DNA from: Trueperaceae bacterium
Lineage (GTDB): Bacteria > Deinococcota > Deinococci > Deinococcales > Trueperaceae
DNA length: 64,000 bases
Direction: 5' to 3'
Assembly (NCBI GenBank): GCA_965213705.1
Contig: OZ243913.1
Span: 2,112,001-2,176,000, forward strand
The notes under the pieces were generated by a model. It worked only from the letters and a program-made list of their open reading frames with translations, did not search any database and was not told where the DNA came from. The number at the start of each line of letters is the position of its first letter. The first letter of the stretch is position 1. The translations under genes and the position numbers were made by a program. Shown piece by piece: positions 10,881 through 20,206 of this stretch.

Positions 10881-11806
10881 GAGAGCAAGTCAGGAGAAAG
10901 GGGAAAGGAAAAAGGAGAAAGGGAGGTGAGGTGGTAAAGCTCGAGCCCCTCCGCTACAGTCATCTCGACCGGTTTAGAGACGAGGCCGAGGGTGTGCGCC
11001 AGCAGGCCGACGACTCGCTCCGGTTTCACGCCGTGTTCTTGAAGCGCCGTCAAGGTGAGCGAGCCCCTGCGTTTCGCCATGCGCCCGCCTGTTTCGTCCA
11101 ACAACAGCGGCACGTGCAAAAAAACTGGCGGTTCTGCGCCTAGGGCTCGGTACAGCAGGATTTGGGCCGCGGTGCTCTCGAGCAGGTCGGCCCCGCGCAC
11201 GACCTCGGTGATGTTCATGGCGATGTCGTCCACAGTTACGGCGAGTTGATAGGCCCATTCCCCGTCGGCTCGTTTCACCACGAAGTCGCCGACGCGAAAG
11301 GTTTGCTCGCCTTGTAATGAATCCTCAAACGAAACGCTGTCCCCGTCGGTGCGAAAGCGGAGGCTTGGGGTTTTGCCGTCGAGACGTTTCTGCTCCCTGA
11401 CCTTCTCATTCAGCGCCCGTTCGAGTTCCCCATAAGCCGGCATCTCCCCGTGCGGGGCCGAGGCAATTTCGCGTAAGTCTTTGCGGGACAAGTAACATTC
11501 GAAAAGTTTGTTTTGGGTCTCGAGCTTCTTCAACGTCTTTTCATAAAGATGATGACGCTTGCTTTGCAGGTAAGGCGCGAACTTTCCGCCGACATCCGGC
11601 CCTTCGTCCCAGGTCAGGCCGAGCCAGCGAAGTTCGTCGAGGTTAGTTCTCACCATTTCCGCACGGCTCCGCGCCGAGTCCAGGTCTTCGACGCGCATAA
11701 CGAAGGTGCCGTTTCGGGTTTTAGTTTGCCAGTACGCCACGAGCGCCGTCCGCGCGTTGCCGAGGTGCAAGTAACCGGTGGGGGAGGGGGCGTAGCGGCC
11801 TCGCAT
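10865..11806 (-). CDS. gluQ: Glutamyl-Q tRNA(Asp) synthetase
   Basis: RYAPSPTGYLHLGN, RVEDLD, AYQLAVTVDD, VRGADLL, RMAKR; no anticodon-binding domain. Confidence 0.88.
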   Translation of the reverse strand: MRGRYAPSPTGYLHLGNARTALVAYWQTKTRNGTFVMRVEDLDSARSRAEMVRTNLDELRWLGLTWDEGPDVGGKFAPYLQSKRHHLYEKTLKKLETQNKLFECYLSRKDLREIASAPHGEMPAYGELERALNEKVREQKRLDGKTPSLRFRTDGDSVSFEDSLQGEQTFRVGDFVVKRADGEWAYQLAVTVDDIAMNITEVVRGADLLESTAAQILLYRALGAEPPVFLHVPLLLDETGGRMAKRRGSLTLTALQEHGVKPERVVGLLAHTLGLVSKPVEMTVAEGLELYHLTSLSPFSFPLSPDLLSWLTP

Positions 11807-11811
11807 AAGGA

Positions 11812-12390
11812 TTACTTTACGACGATGCCTGTTTCGTCCATCTGCTCGATAACCGCCAAACTCACGATGGGCACCCCGCAGGCCTCGAGCCGCTGCCGCC
11901 CTTCCTCGAACGCTTTTTCGATGACCACGCCGATGCCCACGACCGCCGCGCCGCTCTGCCGAACCGTGCGCACAAGCGCGTCGTTGGTCAAGCCCGAGGC
12001 CAAAAAGTCGTCGATGATAAGCACGCGGTCGTCGGCGCTCAGGTACTCGGGCGAAATCATCAGCTTGGTCACGCCGCCCTTGGTGTGGCTCGGCGCTTCG
12101 GCGTAAAAGTAGCCGTCCGGCATGGTGACGGGCCGACGCTTGCGGGCGAAGACCAGCGGCACGTCGAACGCGACCGCCGCCGCCAGCGCGGGTGCGATGC
12201 CGCTCGTTTCGGCGGTGACGATTTTGGTGACGTTTTCGACCCCGGCCGCCGTCACGCGTTCGTAAAACTCCTTCCCCATCGCCATCGTCAGACCGGGCTC
12301 GAGCCGGTGGTTCAAGAAGCCGTCGACCTTGAGAATCCCGTTGCCGAGGTATTTGCCCTCGGCGCGAATGCGCTCGAGCAGCGCCTTCAC
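11812..12390 (-). CDS. xpt: Xanthine phosphoribosyltransferase
   Basis: ILKVDGFLNH, TAETSGIAPA, FARK, LIIDDFLASG, VIEKAFE; GTG start overlaps the upstream stop. Confidence 0.92.
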   Translation of the reverse strand: MKALLERIRAEGKYLGNGILKVDGFLNHRLEPGLTMAMGKEFYERVTAAGVENVTKIVTAETSGIAPALAAAVAFDVPLVFARKRRPVTMPDGYFYAEAPSHTKGGVTKLMISPEYLSADDRVLIIDDFLASGLTNDALVRTVRQSGAAVVGIGVVIEKAFEEGRQRLEACGVPIVSLAVIEQMDETGIVVK

Positions 12391-14471
12391 CCGGCGACCT
12401 CGCCCGCCAAAGCCCGCGCCCCCGCCACTCCGACGTCCAACGCGTTCGTCAAAAAGGCCCAGACGTCCGCCTGCTCTTCGATGAGAATGCGGGTCGGTTT
12501 GCCCATTCCGTGCCCCGCTTTGGTCTGAACACGGATGAGAACGGGCGCGTCGCCGCCTTGCGCGGCTTGCAGCGCGGCGGCGAACTTGAACGAGTGCGCG
12601 GGCACCACGCGGTCGTCGAAGTCGCCAGTTGTCACAAGCGTCGCGGGGTAGGCGGTGCCCTTTTTCAGGTTGTGGAGCGGCGAGTAAGCCAGCAGCGTTT
12701 CGAACTGTCCGGGCTCGTCCGCCGAGCCGTAGTCCGAGGCCCAAGCCCAGCCGATGGTGAAGTGGTGAAACCTCAGCATGTCCAACACGCCGACCGCGGG
12801 CAGTGCCGCCGCGAACAGCTCGGGCCGCTGCGTCATGGCCGCGCCTACCAAGAGGCCGCCGTTCGAGCCGCCTTGGACGGCAAGTTTTTCAGGTGAGGTG
12901 ACGCCCTCGTCGACAAGATACTCGGTGCAGGCGATAAAGTCGTCGAAGACGTTCTGCTTGCGCTCCAGGATGCCCGCCTCGTGCCAGGCTTTGCCATACT
13001 CGCCGCCGCCGCGCAGGTTGGCGACGGCGAGTACGCCGCCCGCCTCTAACCAGACGAGTCTACTCACCGAAAACGCCGGCGTGAGTGAGATGTTGAAGCC
13101 GCCGTAGCCGTAGAGCAAGGTAGGGTTTCGTCCGTCGATTTGTAAGTCTTTGCGGTGAACGAGGAACATGGGCACGCGGGTCCCGTCGGGACTTGTCGCG
13201 AACACCTGCCGCGTGGTGTAGGGCGTGGCGTCGAAGGCCAACTCGGGCGCGTACAGGGTTTCGCTGGCACCCGTCGCCGCGTTGTAGCGGTAGCTCGTCG
13301 TTGGGTGCAAAAACGAGGTGAAGCTGTAAAACAGTTCCGCGTCGTCCCGTTCGGCGTTGAGCGCGACGACCGAGCCGAGCGTGGGCAAGTCTACGTCGCC
13401 CCGGTACTCGCCGCTGAGGCTGTACCGCTTCAGGCGGTGGCTGGCGTCTTGCATTACCAGGCAAACGAACTCGTCGCCGAGCAGTTGGACGTGCTCAACG
13501 GTGTCTTCAGTCTCGGGAACGAGGGTGCGCCAGGTAGTTTCGGGCTGCTCGAGGTCGGTGGCGACAACGCGTCTGCGGTCCGCCCCGGAGTCGGTCAAAA
13601 AGTAAAACGTCGCGCCGTCGTTGCCCAAAAAGGTAAAGCTTGCCTCCCACTCGGTGACGAGGTCTCGAAACTCATTCTCTGTTGCCAAGTCGCGGTAATA
13701 AACGAGGTTGCGCTGCTCGGTGCTGCGTCTGACGTGCAGGACGAGGTAACGCCCGTCGTCGGAGACTCTGGGGTGAAACATCCACTTGGGTTCGTCGGGG
13801 CGCGCGTAAATGAGCGTGTCGGTCTCGGCGTCTGTACGCAGCCTGTGCAAACGCAGCTCGGCGTTCTCGTTGGCTCCGGTGTAGGCCGCGCCTTGTGTGG
13901 GCACGGGAAAGCGTTGGTAGTAAAACCCCGAGCCGTCCGGCAGCCAAGTCGCGGCGGAAAATTTCGACCAGGGCAGCTGTTCACTCAGGTCGCTCCCGGT
14001 CGCGACGTCGCGCACCTGCCACGTTTGCCAGTCCGAGCCGCTGTCGCTCGTGGCGTAGGCCAAAAACGTGCCATCTTCGCTTACCGACACGCTGCTCAGC
14101 GCCACCGTGCCGTCGGTAGACAGGGCGTTTGCGTCGAGCAGGATGCGGCCTGCGTCCTCCGGATTCGCCATAACATAGAGCACGTCTTGGTTCTGCAACC
14201 CGTCGTTGCGAAACTGAAAGTAGCGCCCGCCTTTTTTGAAGGGGGCTGAACGTTTGGGGTAGTCCCAGAGTTCGGTCAAACGCTTCTTGAGACGGTCTCG
14301 AGCCTCCAAACCTTCCAAATGCCCAAAGGTCAGCTCGTTTTGCGCCTCTATCCAGGCGCGCACTTCGGGCGTGTCGGCGGGGGCCTCCAACCAGCGGTAG
14401 GGGTCGGCGACTTGAGTGCCGTGGTAGTCGTCGACGTGGTCGCTTTGTTTGCTTTCCGGATAGTCGAACAT
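12387..14471 (-). CDS. Prolyl oligopeptidase (S9A)
   Basis: ADPYRWLE, YGYGGF, NLRGGGEYG, GGSNGGLL (catalytic Ser), DDRVVPAHS, AGHG. Confidence 0.95.
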   Translation of the reverse strand: MFDYPESKQSDHVDDYHGTQVADPYRWLEAPADTPEVRAWIEAQNELTFGHLEGLEARDRLKKRLTELWDYPKRSAPFKKGGRYFQFRNDGLQNQDVLYVMANPEDAGRILLDANALSTDGTVALSSVSVSEDGTFLAYATSDSGSDWQTWQVRDVATGSDLSEQLPWSKFSAATWLPDGSGFYYQRFPVPTQGAAYTGANENAELRLHRLRTDAETDTLIYARPDEPKWMFHPRVSDDGRYLVLHVRRSTEQRNLVYYRDLATENEFRDLVTEWEASFTFLGNDGATFYFLTDSGADRRRVVATDLEQPETTWRTLVPETEDTVEHVQLLGDEFVCLVMQDASHRLKRYSLSGEYRGDVDLPTLGSVVALNAERDDAELFYSFTSFLHPTTSYRYNAATGASETLYAPELAFDATPYTTRQVFATSPDGTRVPMFLVHRKDLQIDGRNPTLLYGYGGFNISLTPAFSVSRLVWLEAGGVLAVANLRGGGEYGKAWHEAGILERKQNVFDDFIACTEYLVDEGVTSPEKLAVQGGSNGGLLVGAAMTQRPELFAAALPAVGVLDMLRFHHFTIGWAWASDYGSADEPGQFETLLAYSPLHNLKKGTAYPATLVTTGDFDDRVVPAHSFKFAAALQAAQGGDAPVLIRVQTKAGHGMGKPTRILIEEQADVWAFLTNALDVGVAGARALAGEVAG

Positions 14472-14541
14472 GCCCTAAATTACCACGCGCCGCTGGGGTA
14501 GTTTGCGTGCAATTTTGTTGTGAGCCTGCGTTCGCCCTCGC

Positions 14542-14892
14542 TCACGAGGTTCGTGTATACGCGTAAGCCCAAGCCATGAGCACGGCCTGGAGCGGCAAGC
14601 GCAGCCACAAAAAAACCGGCGCAATTCCGAAAGCCGCCGCGTTCTGGGCCATGTAGAGGTTCGCAGGAAACACGGCGGCCAGCAGCGCGACGAGTCCCCA
14701 GGCGGCGAGGGTCTGGGTCGCCGGGACGAGCAGGGCTGCGCCCAACAGCAGCTCGAGCCCGCCGCTCACGTACACGAGTACCAAAGGCCACGGTAGATAA
14801 GGCGGCACGACGGACGCATAAAGCTGCGGCCTCAAAAAATGGTTGAGGCCCGCCAGGATGAACACCAGGGCGAAGACGTACCTGAAGACCAT
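14542..14892 (-). CDS. DoxX/MauE-like membrane protein
   Basis: AGLNHF, VPPYLP, SGGLELLLG, VFPANLYMA, LRLPLQ; start could be a few codons upstream. Confidence 0.8.
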   Translation of the reverse strand: MVFRYVFALVFILAGLNHFLRPQLYASVVPPYLPWPLVLVYVSGGLELLLGAALLVPATQTLAAWGLVALLAAVFPANLYMAQNAAAFGIAPVFLWLRLPLQAVLMAWAYAYTRTS

Positions 14893-14917
14893 TTTGACCA
14901 CGCCGTCCCGACCTCGC

Positions 14918-14966
14918 ACTTCAAACCTGAGTTACTTCACAGCCTGAGTTACTTCAAACCTGAGTT
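14918..14966. repeat. Three tandem 16-17 nt direct repeats (ACTTCAAACCTGAGTT)
   Basis: acttcaaacctgagtt / acttcacagcctgagtt / acttcaaacctgagtt, no spacers. Confidence 0.85.
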
Positions 14967-15053
14967 AACAGCTCACTCTAACAGCCCGGTTTACGCGCAG
15001 GGCCCGAGGAAGGGTCGCAAAAGGCGAGAAGGTGAGTGCGCGGACGGCGCTCC

Positions 15054-15302
15054 TTACCGCAGGGTAGTCTGCAAGGTGCCTTGCCACGCACACGCCGGAC
15101 AAGCCGCGCGGCTGCTGTCGTCCCAGTCGGCCTCCCCCAAGTGCTCGCCGACGACGAAAAGTTCGCGGGTCTCGGGCTCGAGCCTCACGTCGTAGGTAAC
15201 GACGGCCGAGGTGAGGATGGTCAGCTCGACGCCGCCGCAGTTCGGACACAGCTGCTCGAGGGCTGAAGGGATGGACGGTGAAAGGGCAGGAAGGGTCGTC
15301 AC
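15054..15302 (-). CDS. Small zinc-ribbon hypothetical protein
   Basis: CPNC...CPAC, 82 aa. Confidence 0.6.
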   Translation of the reverse strand: MTTLPALSPSIPSALEQLCPNCGGVELTILTSAVVTYDVRLEPETRELFVVGEHLGEADWDDSSRAACPACAWQGTLQTTLR

Positions 15303-15405
15303 GTTTACCTTTGTACACTTTTTACTCTTACAAGAGTCTTATCGTGACTCGTGTAAGATGGGGTGCGTCGGGGTTACCGAGCAGTTTCGACCCAAGGAGT
15401 GCGCC

Positions 15406-16134
15406 GTGAAGCTAAAGTTGGGCTTTTGCTTGTGTCTGTTGAGCCTCGTTTTTGTGCAGGCTCAAACGTCGAGCACTCTGGAGGCCGTCAAAACGCGCGG
15501 CGAGTTGCGTTGCGGCGTGAGCGACGGTTCACCCGGTGAACTCGTCCAAACCGAAGACGGCGGTTTGATGGGCTTTTTCAGCGAGACTTGCCGCGCCGTT
15601 GCCGCTGCCGTGCTGGGTGACAAAAACGCCGTCGTTTACCTGCCGCTGTCCCCAAGCGAGCAGTTTACCGCGCTGCGCCGGGGCGACGTGGACCTGCTGG
15701 TCGGACGCATCACGGAGACCGTATCCAGGGACGCCGAGGTCGACTTCGGGCCGGTCGTGTTTCACGACGGAGCCCAGCACTACGCGCCGGCCCTGCTGCA
15801 AGGGGACGACGTTTGGCGCGACACGGTGAGTTGGACCATCCACGCGCTCGTCCAGGCCGAGGAGTGGGGCGTCACCTCACAAAACGTCGGCGGGACTGCC
15901 GACGCGGCGGCTGCGCCGCAGTTGAAGCGGTTTTTGGACCTCGAGGGCGGCCTGGCGACACAGCTTGGGCTCGAGCCCGACGCGCTGCGCCGAACCTTAG
16001 CGCAAACGGGCAACTACGGCGAAATCTACGAGCGCCACCTCGGACCGAACGCGACCTCGAGCTTGCCCAGGGGCCAAAATCGCCTCTGGAGCGAGGGGGG
16101 CTTACTCTACGCACCGCCTTTCAGCACAAGGTAG
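15406..16134 (+). CDS. AapJ-like amino-acid ABC substrate-binding protein, internally shortened (242 aa)
   Basis: AAGGAG RBS, signal peptide, TLEAVKTRGELRCGV, CRAVAAAVLGD, ALVQAEEWGVTSQN, GNYGEIYERHLG, GGLLYAPPF. Confidence 0.8.
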   Translation: MKLKLGFCLCLLSLVFVQAQTSSTLEAVKTRGELRCGVSDGSPGELVQTEDGGLMGFFSETCRAVAAAVLGDKNAVVYLPLSPSEQFTALRRGDVDLLVGRITETVSRDAEVDFGPVVFHDGAQHYAPALLQGDDVWRDTVSWTIHALVQAEEWGVTSQNVGGTADAAAAPQLKRFLDLEGGLATQLGLEPDALRRTLAQTGNYGEIYERHLGPNATSSLPRGQNRLWSEGGLLYAPPFSTR

Positions 16135-16413
16135 AGTCGCCCGCCCAAACGTAGGGGTTCGACTTCGCTCGAGCTGAATGGTATTCGACGTGCGGACAAA
16201 ACGCCCTGAAAAGCCGCCGAGTCTTTTGTCCTAGCCGGCCTGCAGCTTGAGCGCCTGGCCTAACAAGCAGGTATAAAGTTTGACAGCAGGTGTAAAACCC
16301 GACTTCCCGTGGTCCGCACCAACCGAGCCGCCGCACGACCGGTCACCACCCTGCGAACTTGTGCAGGAGTACCGCCCCGGATGGAAACCTGGTTCAAGTC
16401 GACGAAAAAGCCG

Positions 16414-17523
16414 TCAAGCCAGCAGCGTCGCGCTGAAAGTCGGCCAGCTCAGGGTGACCCGTTCGCCGGGCCGGCGCATGGTGCCGAAACCCTGGCTGAG
16501 GTTCTGCACGCGCACGTTCACCGTGACACCCCGCGACACCACCCGGTAGAGCGTGTCGGTGCCGATGTAGTAGGCCTCGGCAATCTCGCCCTCGAGCCGG
16601 GTCACCCCGTCCGCGGACGACACCCTTTCCTCGGCGGGTTGCAAACTGATTTTCTCGGGCCGTATGGCAATGCTCGCGTCTGCGCCCAGCGCCAAGTCGT
16701 GGCCCTTGAGCCGGGCGACGAGCTTGCGGCCGTCGGGCAGCTCGAGCACGCCCGTGTCGCCGTTTTTACTCGTCAGTTTGCCCTCTAAGAAGTTCGTCTC
16801 GCCTATAAAGTCCGCGACGAAGCGGTTGGCGGGCGCTTCGTAAATCTCGTCGGGCCGGCCGGTCTGCAGCACTTTTCCGGCGCTCATCACCGCGACGCGG
16901 TCGGCCATCGTGATGGCCTCTTCCTGGTCGTGGGTGACGAAAATAAAAGTGATGCCTACCTCGCGCTGCATCTGCTTGAGTTCGAACTGCATCGTTTTAC
17001 GCAGCTTGAGGTCGAGCGCGCCCAAAGGCTCGTCCAGCAAGAGCACGGCCGGACGGTTGACGAGGGCCCTCGCGAGGGCGACCCGTTGCCGCTGCCCGCC
17101 GGAAAGTTGGTTGGGTTTACGCTCGGCGACCTGCGGAAGTTGCACCAACGCGAGCGCGTCCACGGCGCGCTGTTTCGCCTCCGCAGTGGGCACCTTCGCC
17201 ATTCTCAAGCCGAACATCACGTTTTGCAGCACGCTCATGTGCGGGAACAGCGCGTAGTCTTGAAACACCGTGTTGACCGGCCGGTGAAACGAGGGTACGC
17301 CCTGCACCGCCCGTCCGCGGATAAGGACCGAACCCGCGGTGGGCTGCTCGAACCCCGCGATGGTGCGCAGCGTCGTCGTCTTGCCGCAGCCCGACGGGCC
17401 GAGCAGCGCGAAGAACTCGCCGTCCGCAATGCTCAACGACACGTCGTCGATGGCGCGTACCGTCGCGCCGCCGGAAGTGAATTTCTTGACGACGTTTCTA
17501 AGCTCGACCGAAGGTGTGCTCAT
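16414..17523 (-). CDS. potA: Polyamine ABC transporter ATP-binding protein
   Basis: GPSGCGKTT, RPVNTVFQDYALFPHM, LSGGQRQRVALARALVNRP, C-terminal TOBE region. Confidence 0.88.
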   Translation of the reverse strand: MSTPSVELRNVVKKFTSGGATVRAIDDVSLSIADGEFFALLGPSGCGKTTTLRTIAGFEQPTAGSVLIRGRAVQGVPSFHRPVNTVFQDYALFPHMSVLQNVMFGLRMAKVPTAEAKQRAVDALALVQLPQVAERKPNQLSGGQRQRVALARALVNRPAVLLLDEPLGALDLKLRKTMQFELKQMQREVGITFIFVTHDQEEAITMADRVAVMSAGKVLQTGRPDEIYEAPANRFVADFIGETNFLEGKLTSKNGDTGVLELPDGRKLVARLKGHDLALGADASIAIRPEKISLQPAEERVSSADGVTRLEGEIAEAYYIGTDTLYRVVSRGVTVNVRVQNLSQGFGTMRRPGERVTLSWPTFSATLLA

Positions 17524-17585
17524 GTTCACAGCTTAACAAGTTCGTTGAATTTTTTATAAACCCGCTCGGGCCATGCGCGTTAGAG

Positions 17586-17639
17586 TGCAGCCGACCAGGT
17601 TGCAGTCGACCAGGTTGAGTTGACTAGGGTGCAGCCAAC
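17586..17639. repeat. Degenerate ~15-nt direct repeats in a divergent promoter region
   Basis: tgcagccgaccaggt / tgcagtcgaccaggt / tgagttgactagggt / tgcagccaac. Confidence 0.6.
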
Positions 17640-17720
17640 ACCGGCTTGACATTCTCCTTTTACGATGCTTTAGGGCTGGCAACGCTGCAGGAAAACACAC
17701 AAGGTGTCAAAGGAGAAAAA

Positions 17721-19145
17721 GTGTTCAAAAAGACGGTGGTTTTGGGGTTTCTGTTTTGCTCGAGCCTCGCGCTGTTGGCGGCTTGCGGTCAGCAGGAACC
17801 GGTAACGGGTCTCGAGCCCTCAGCTTTAAACGCGCCCACTTTCAGCAGTGCGGCGGTTGCCCAGCACAGTGACCGCTGTGCCGATGTGAATAAAAACAGT
17901 TTGGAACTGGGTGCCGACCTTATTCAGTACGACTGCCACGGCAAGGCGAACCAGAGATTCACGTTTCACCCGGTCGCGGGCAAAACAAACACCTACGTTC
18001 TCAGAAGTGAGTCGTCAGGCTTGTGCGCGGACGTGTCCCTGTCGCAAAAAGTGAGTGGCGACTACGTCGTTCACCAGTGGAGTTGTCACGCTAAAACCAA
18101 CCAGCAGTTCACGCTGAAAGCCGGCGGCACCAGCAAAGTGTTTTCGCTCGTCGCCGGGCACGACGGCCGTTGCGTGAGCGTGGCGGACGGAAATACCGAC
18201 AACCGTGCCAACCTCGTCGCGCATACTTGCAACGGTGCCAAAAGTCAACTCTGGACGTTGGCAGGGTACGCGGCTGCCGGCGCACCAGCACCCGCACCGG
18301 CACCGACAAGCGTGACGGTCGTCGCGGCGGGCGACATCGCCTGCGACCCGACCGCCGACGCGGGTTACAACGGCGGCGACGGCACCGCGGACCGCTGCCA
18401 CATGAAGGCAACCGCGGCGGTGGCCGAGTCGCTGCGGCCCGACGCCGTCTTGGTGCTTGGCGACCTGCAGTACAACACGGGCGAGTACGAGGAATTTTTG
18501 GAGTCCTACGGTCCCAGCTGGGGGCGGCTCAAGTCCAAAACCTACCCCATTCCGGGTAACCACGAGTACGACACCAAAAACGCCGCCGGGTACTACAAGT
18601 ATTTCGGCAGCCGCGCGGGCGACCCCGCCAAGGGCTACTACAGTTTCGACCTCGGCGACTGGCACGTCGTCGCGCTCAACACCAACTTGGCCTGCAGTGT
18701 GGTGAGCTGCGCGGCGGGCTCGGCCCAGGAGCGCTGGTTGCGCGCGGACCTGGCGGCTACCGACAAAAAGTGCGTCCTGGCGACCATGCACCACCCGCGC
18801 TACAGCTCGGGGCGGCACGGCGGCTATTCAAGCAGCGCTGCGCTGTGGAAAGCCTTAGTCGACGGCGGTGCCGACCTGGTTTTAGCGGGCCACGACCACC
18901 ACTATGAACGCTTCGCGCCGCAGGACGCCTCGGGGCGCAAGGCGAGCGGCGGCTTGCGGCAGTTTATCGTCGGGACCGGGGGCAAGAGCGTCTACGCCGT
19001 GGGCAGCCCGCGGGCGAACAGCGAGAAGATTATCGGCAATACTTACGGCGTCCTCGAGATTAAACTCGGTCAAATTGCTTACGACTGGGCGTTTGTCGAC
19101 GAGGCCGGGAAACGGCTCGACACAGGCACAGCGAGCTGCAACTAG
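17721..19145 (+). CDS. Lipoprotein with ricin-type beta-trefoil lectin domain and calcineurin-like metallophosphoesterase domain
   Basis: LAAC lipobox; three CxDV...QxxC...NQxF/W repeats; PAPAPA linker; AAGD, LGDLQY, PGNHEY, HHPRYS, AGHDHHYER. Confidence 0.88.
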   Translation: MFKKTVVLGFLFCSSLALLAACGQQEPVTGLEPSALNAPTFSSAAVAQHSDRCADVNKNSLELGADLIQYDCHGKANQRFTFHPVAGKTNTYVLRSESSGLCADVSLSQKVSGDYVVHQWSCHAKTNQQFTLKAGGTSKVFSLVAGHDGRCVSVADGNTDNRANLVAHTCNGAKSQLWTLAGYAAAGAPAPAPAPTSVTVVAAGDIACDPTADAGYNGGDGTADRCHMKATAAVAESLRPDAVLVLGDLQYNTGEYEEFLESYGPSWGRLKSKTYPIPGNHEYDTKNAAGYYKYFGSRAGDPAKGYYSFDLGDWHVVALNTNLACSVVSCAAGSAQERWLRADLAATDKKCVLATMHHPRYSSGRHGGYSSSAALWKALVDGGADLVLAGHDHHYERFAPQDASGRKASGGLRQFIVGTGGKSVYAVGSPRANSEKIIGNTYGVLEIKLGQIAYDWAFVDEAGKRLDTGTASCN

Positions 19146-19158
19146 ACCGGCAGGGTTG

Positions 19159-19204
19159 AAAAAAGAGGAGGTCGCCGCTTCGAAGCGGCGACCTCCTCTT
19201 TTTT
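19159..19204. terminator. Bidirectional intrinsic terminator
   Basis: Perfect palindrome aaaaaagaggaggtcgccgcttcgaagcggcgacctcctctttttt between convergent genes. Confidence 0.9.
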
Positions 19205-19316
19205 CTCTTTTGGGCTTTTCGAAACTTCGTTAATGTTTCAATCAAAATGTCCAGCTCGTCCTAAGTGTCGCTGTAAAGCATTTTGACTTCAGTGCGAGTC
19301 GCTTCTCATGGCTTTA

Positions 19317-19946
19317 CTACTCCAACGCAAGGTTGACAGACGTGACACCCGCAGTTACAAAATAACCGAGCCAACTCACAATGCCCAGCAGCTTAGCGCC
19401 GTCTTCAACAATAGGCAGAGCCCCGACGGTCAAGAGGTCAATCGCTAAAGACAGCCCAAAAAAGCCTAAAGCCAGGAGAAGGAAAATAAAGCTCGTTCCC
19501 TGGATGAACGTTCTAAACCTGACGATAATGAAAGCCACGGCGAGACCATATCCGGCGAAGAGAACCAGCTCGCTCATCCCGAACAGTTTAGGAAAGATAT
19601 ACTCGTGCATGAGAAAGAAATCGTCTATCAGCAACGCCAGCGTCAGAGCGCCGGTGAAGAGAAAAAAGCGTGCTGCCTCACGCGCTCTCGTGCGCCTCAG
19701 GACGCCAAAGCAGAAAAAACAGACGGCGGCGGTTGCACACCAAAGCAGAGCGCCGAGGTTTGAAATGACACCCTCAAAAGGAGAATCGCCCGCGCTCGCG
19801 GACGGGTCGCGCAAGAACCAGTTTATAGGCAGGCCCAGTCGGTAGCTCGACCACTCTACAATGCCCAGGAGCAGCAGGGCCGGTAGGTAGAGGCTGAGAA
19901 GTGTGGGGAAGGACCGCTTAAGCTGTTTATCGATATTGAGAAAGAT
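19317..19946 (-). CDS. Multi-pass membrane hypothetical protein; probable non-canonical (ATC) or lost start
   Basis: Frame stays open and hydrophobic upstream of the track's TTG (19814) to ATC 19946; RDP...SNLG...LLIDDFFLMHE...EDGAKLLG. Confidence 0.65.
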   Translation of the reverse strand: MFLNIDKQLKRSFPTLLSLYLPALLLLGIVEWSSYRLGLPINWFLRDPSASAGDSPFEGVISNLGALLWCATAAVCFFCFGVLRRTRAREAARFFLFTGALTLALLIDDFFLMHEYIFPKLFGMSELVLFAGYGLAVAFIIVRFRTFIQGTSFIFLLLALGFFGLSLAIDLLTVGALPIVEDGAKLLGIVSWLGYFVTAGVTSVNLALE

Positions 19947-19952
19947 ACTGGC

Positions 19953-19981
19953 ATACTACACAAACGTCATCAAAATGTCAA
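19953..19981 (-). promoter_or_regulatory. Sigma70-type promoter TTGACA-17nt-TAGTAT
   Basis: Near-consensus hexamers with a 17-nt spacer. Confidence 0.7.
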
Positions 19982-20156
19982 CGATGTCGCAAAAGTATGA
20001 AATCTCACAAAAGTAGGGTTGCGAGACAAGGCATGGTGTAGGTCAAACTCATATCTTTCCTTACCGGTCCAGCCTGTCCTTTTTACTGCATGAGCGCGAG
20101 GTGAGAAAGAGAGCGGACCACGAATACTTCTCGCTATACTCAGAAAATAGCGAACA

Positions 20157-20194
20157 GAAGAAAGGCGACTGCTTCAAAGCAGTCGCCTTTCTTC
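20157..20194 (-). terminator. Intrinsic terminator after potD
   Basis: gaagaaaggcgactgctt...aagcagtcgcctttcttc inverted repeat. Confidence 0.8.
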
Positions 20195-20206
20195 CAAGCT
20201 TCTAAG

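Noticed and set aside
14918..14966. Possible CRISPR array (also 5839-5907 and 17586-17639)
   Set aside because: Repeats are short and contiguous with no unique spacers; no cas genes in the window.
16135..16413. Possible structured RNA or riboswitch (ggacaaaa...ttttgtcc stem)
   Set aside because: No recognisable tRNA, SRP, tmRNA or riboswitch consensus; lies between convergent genes. An Rfam search would be needed.
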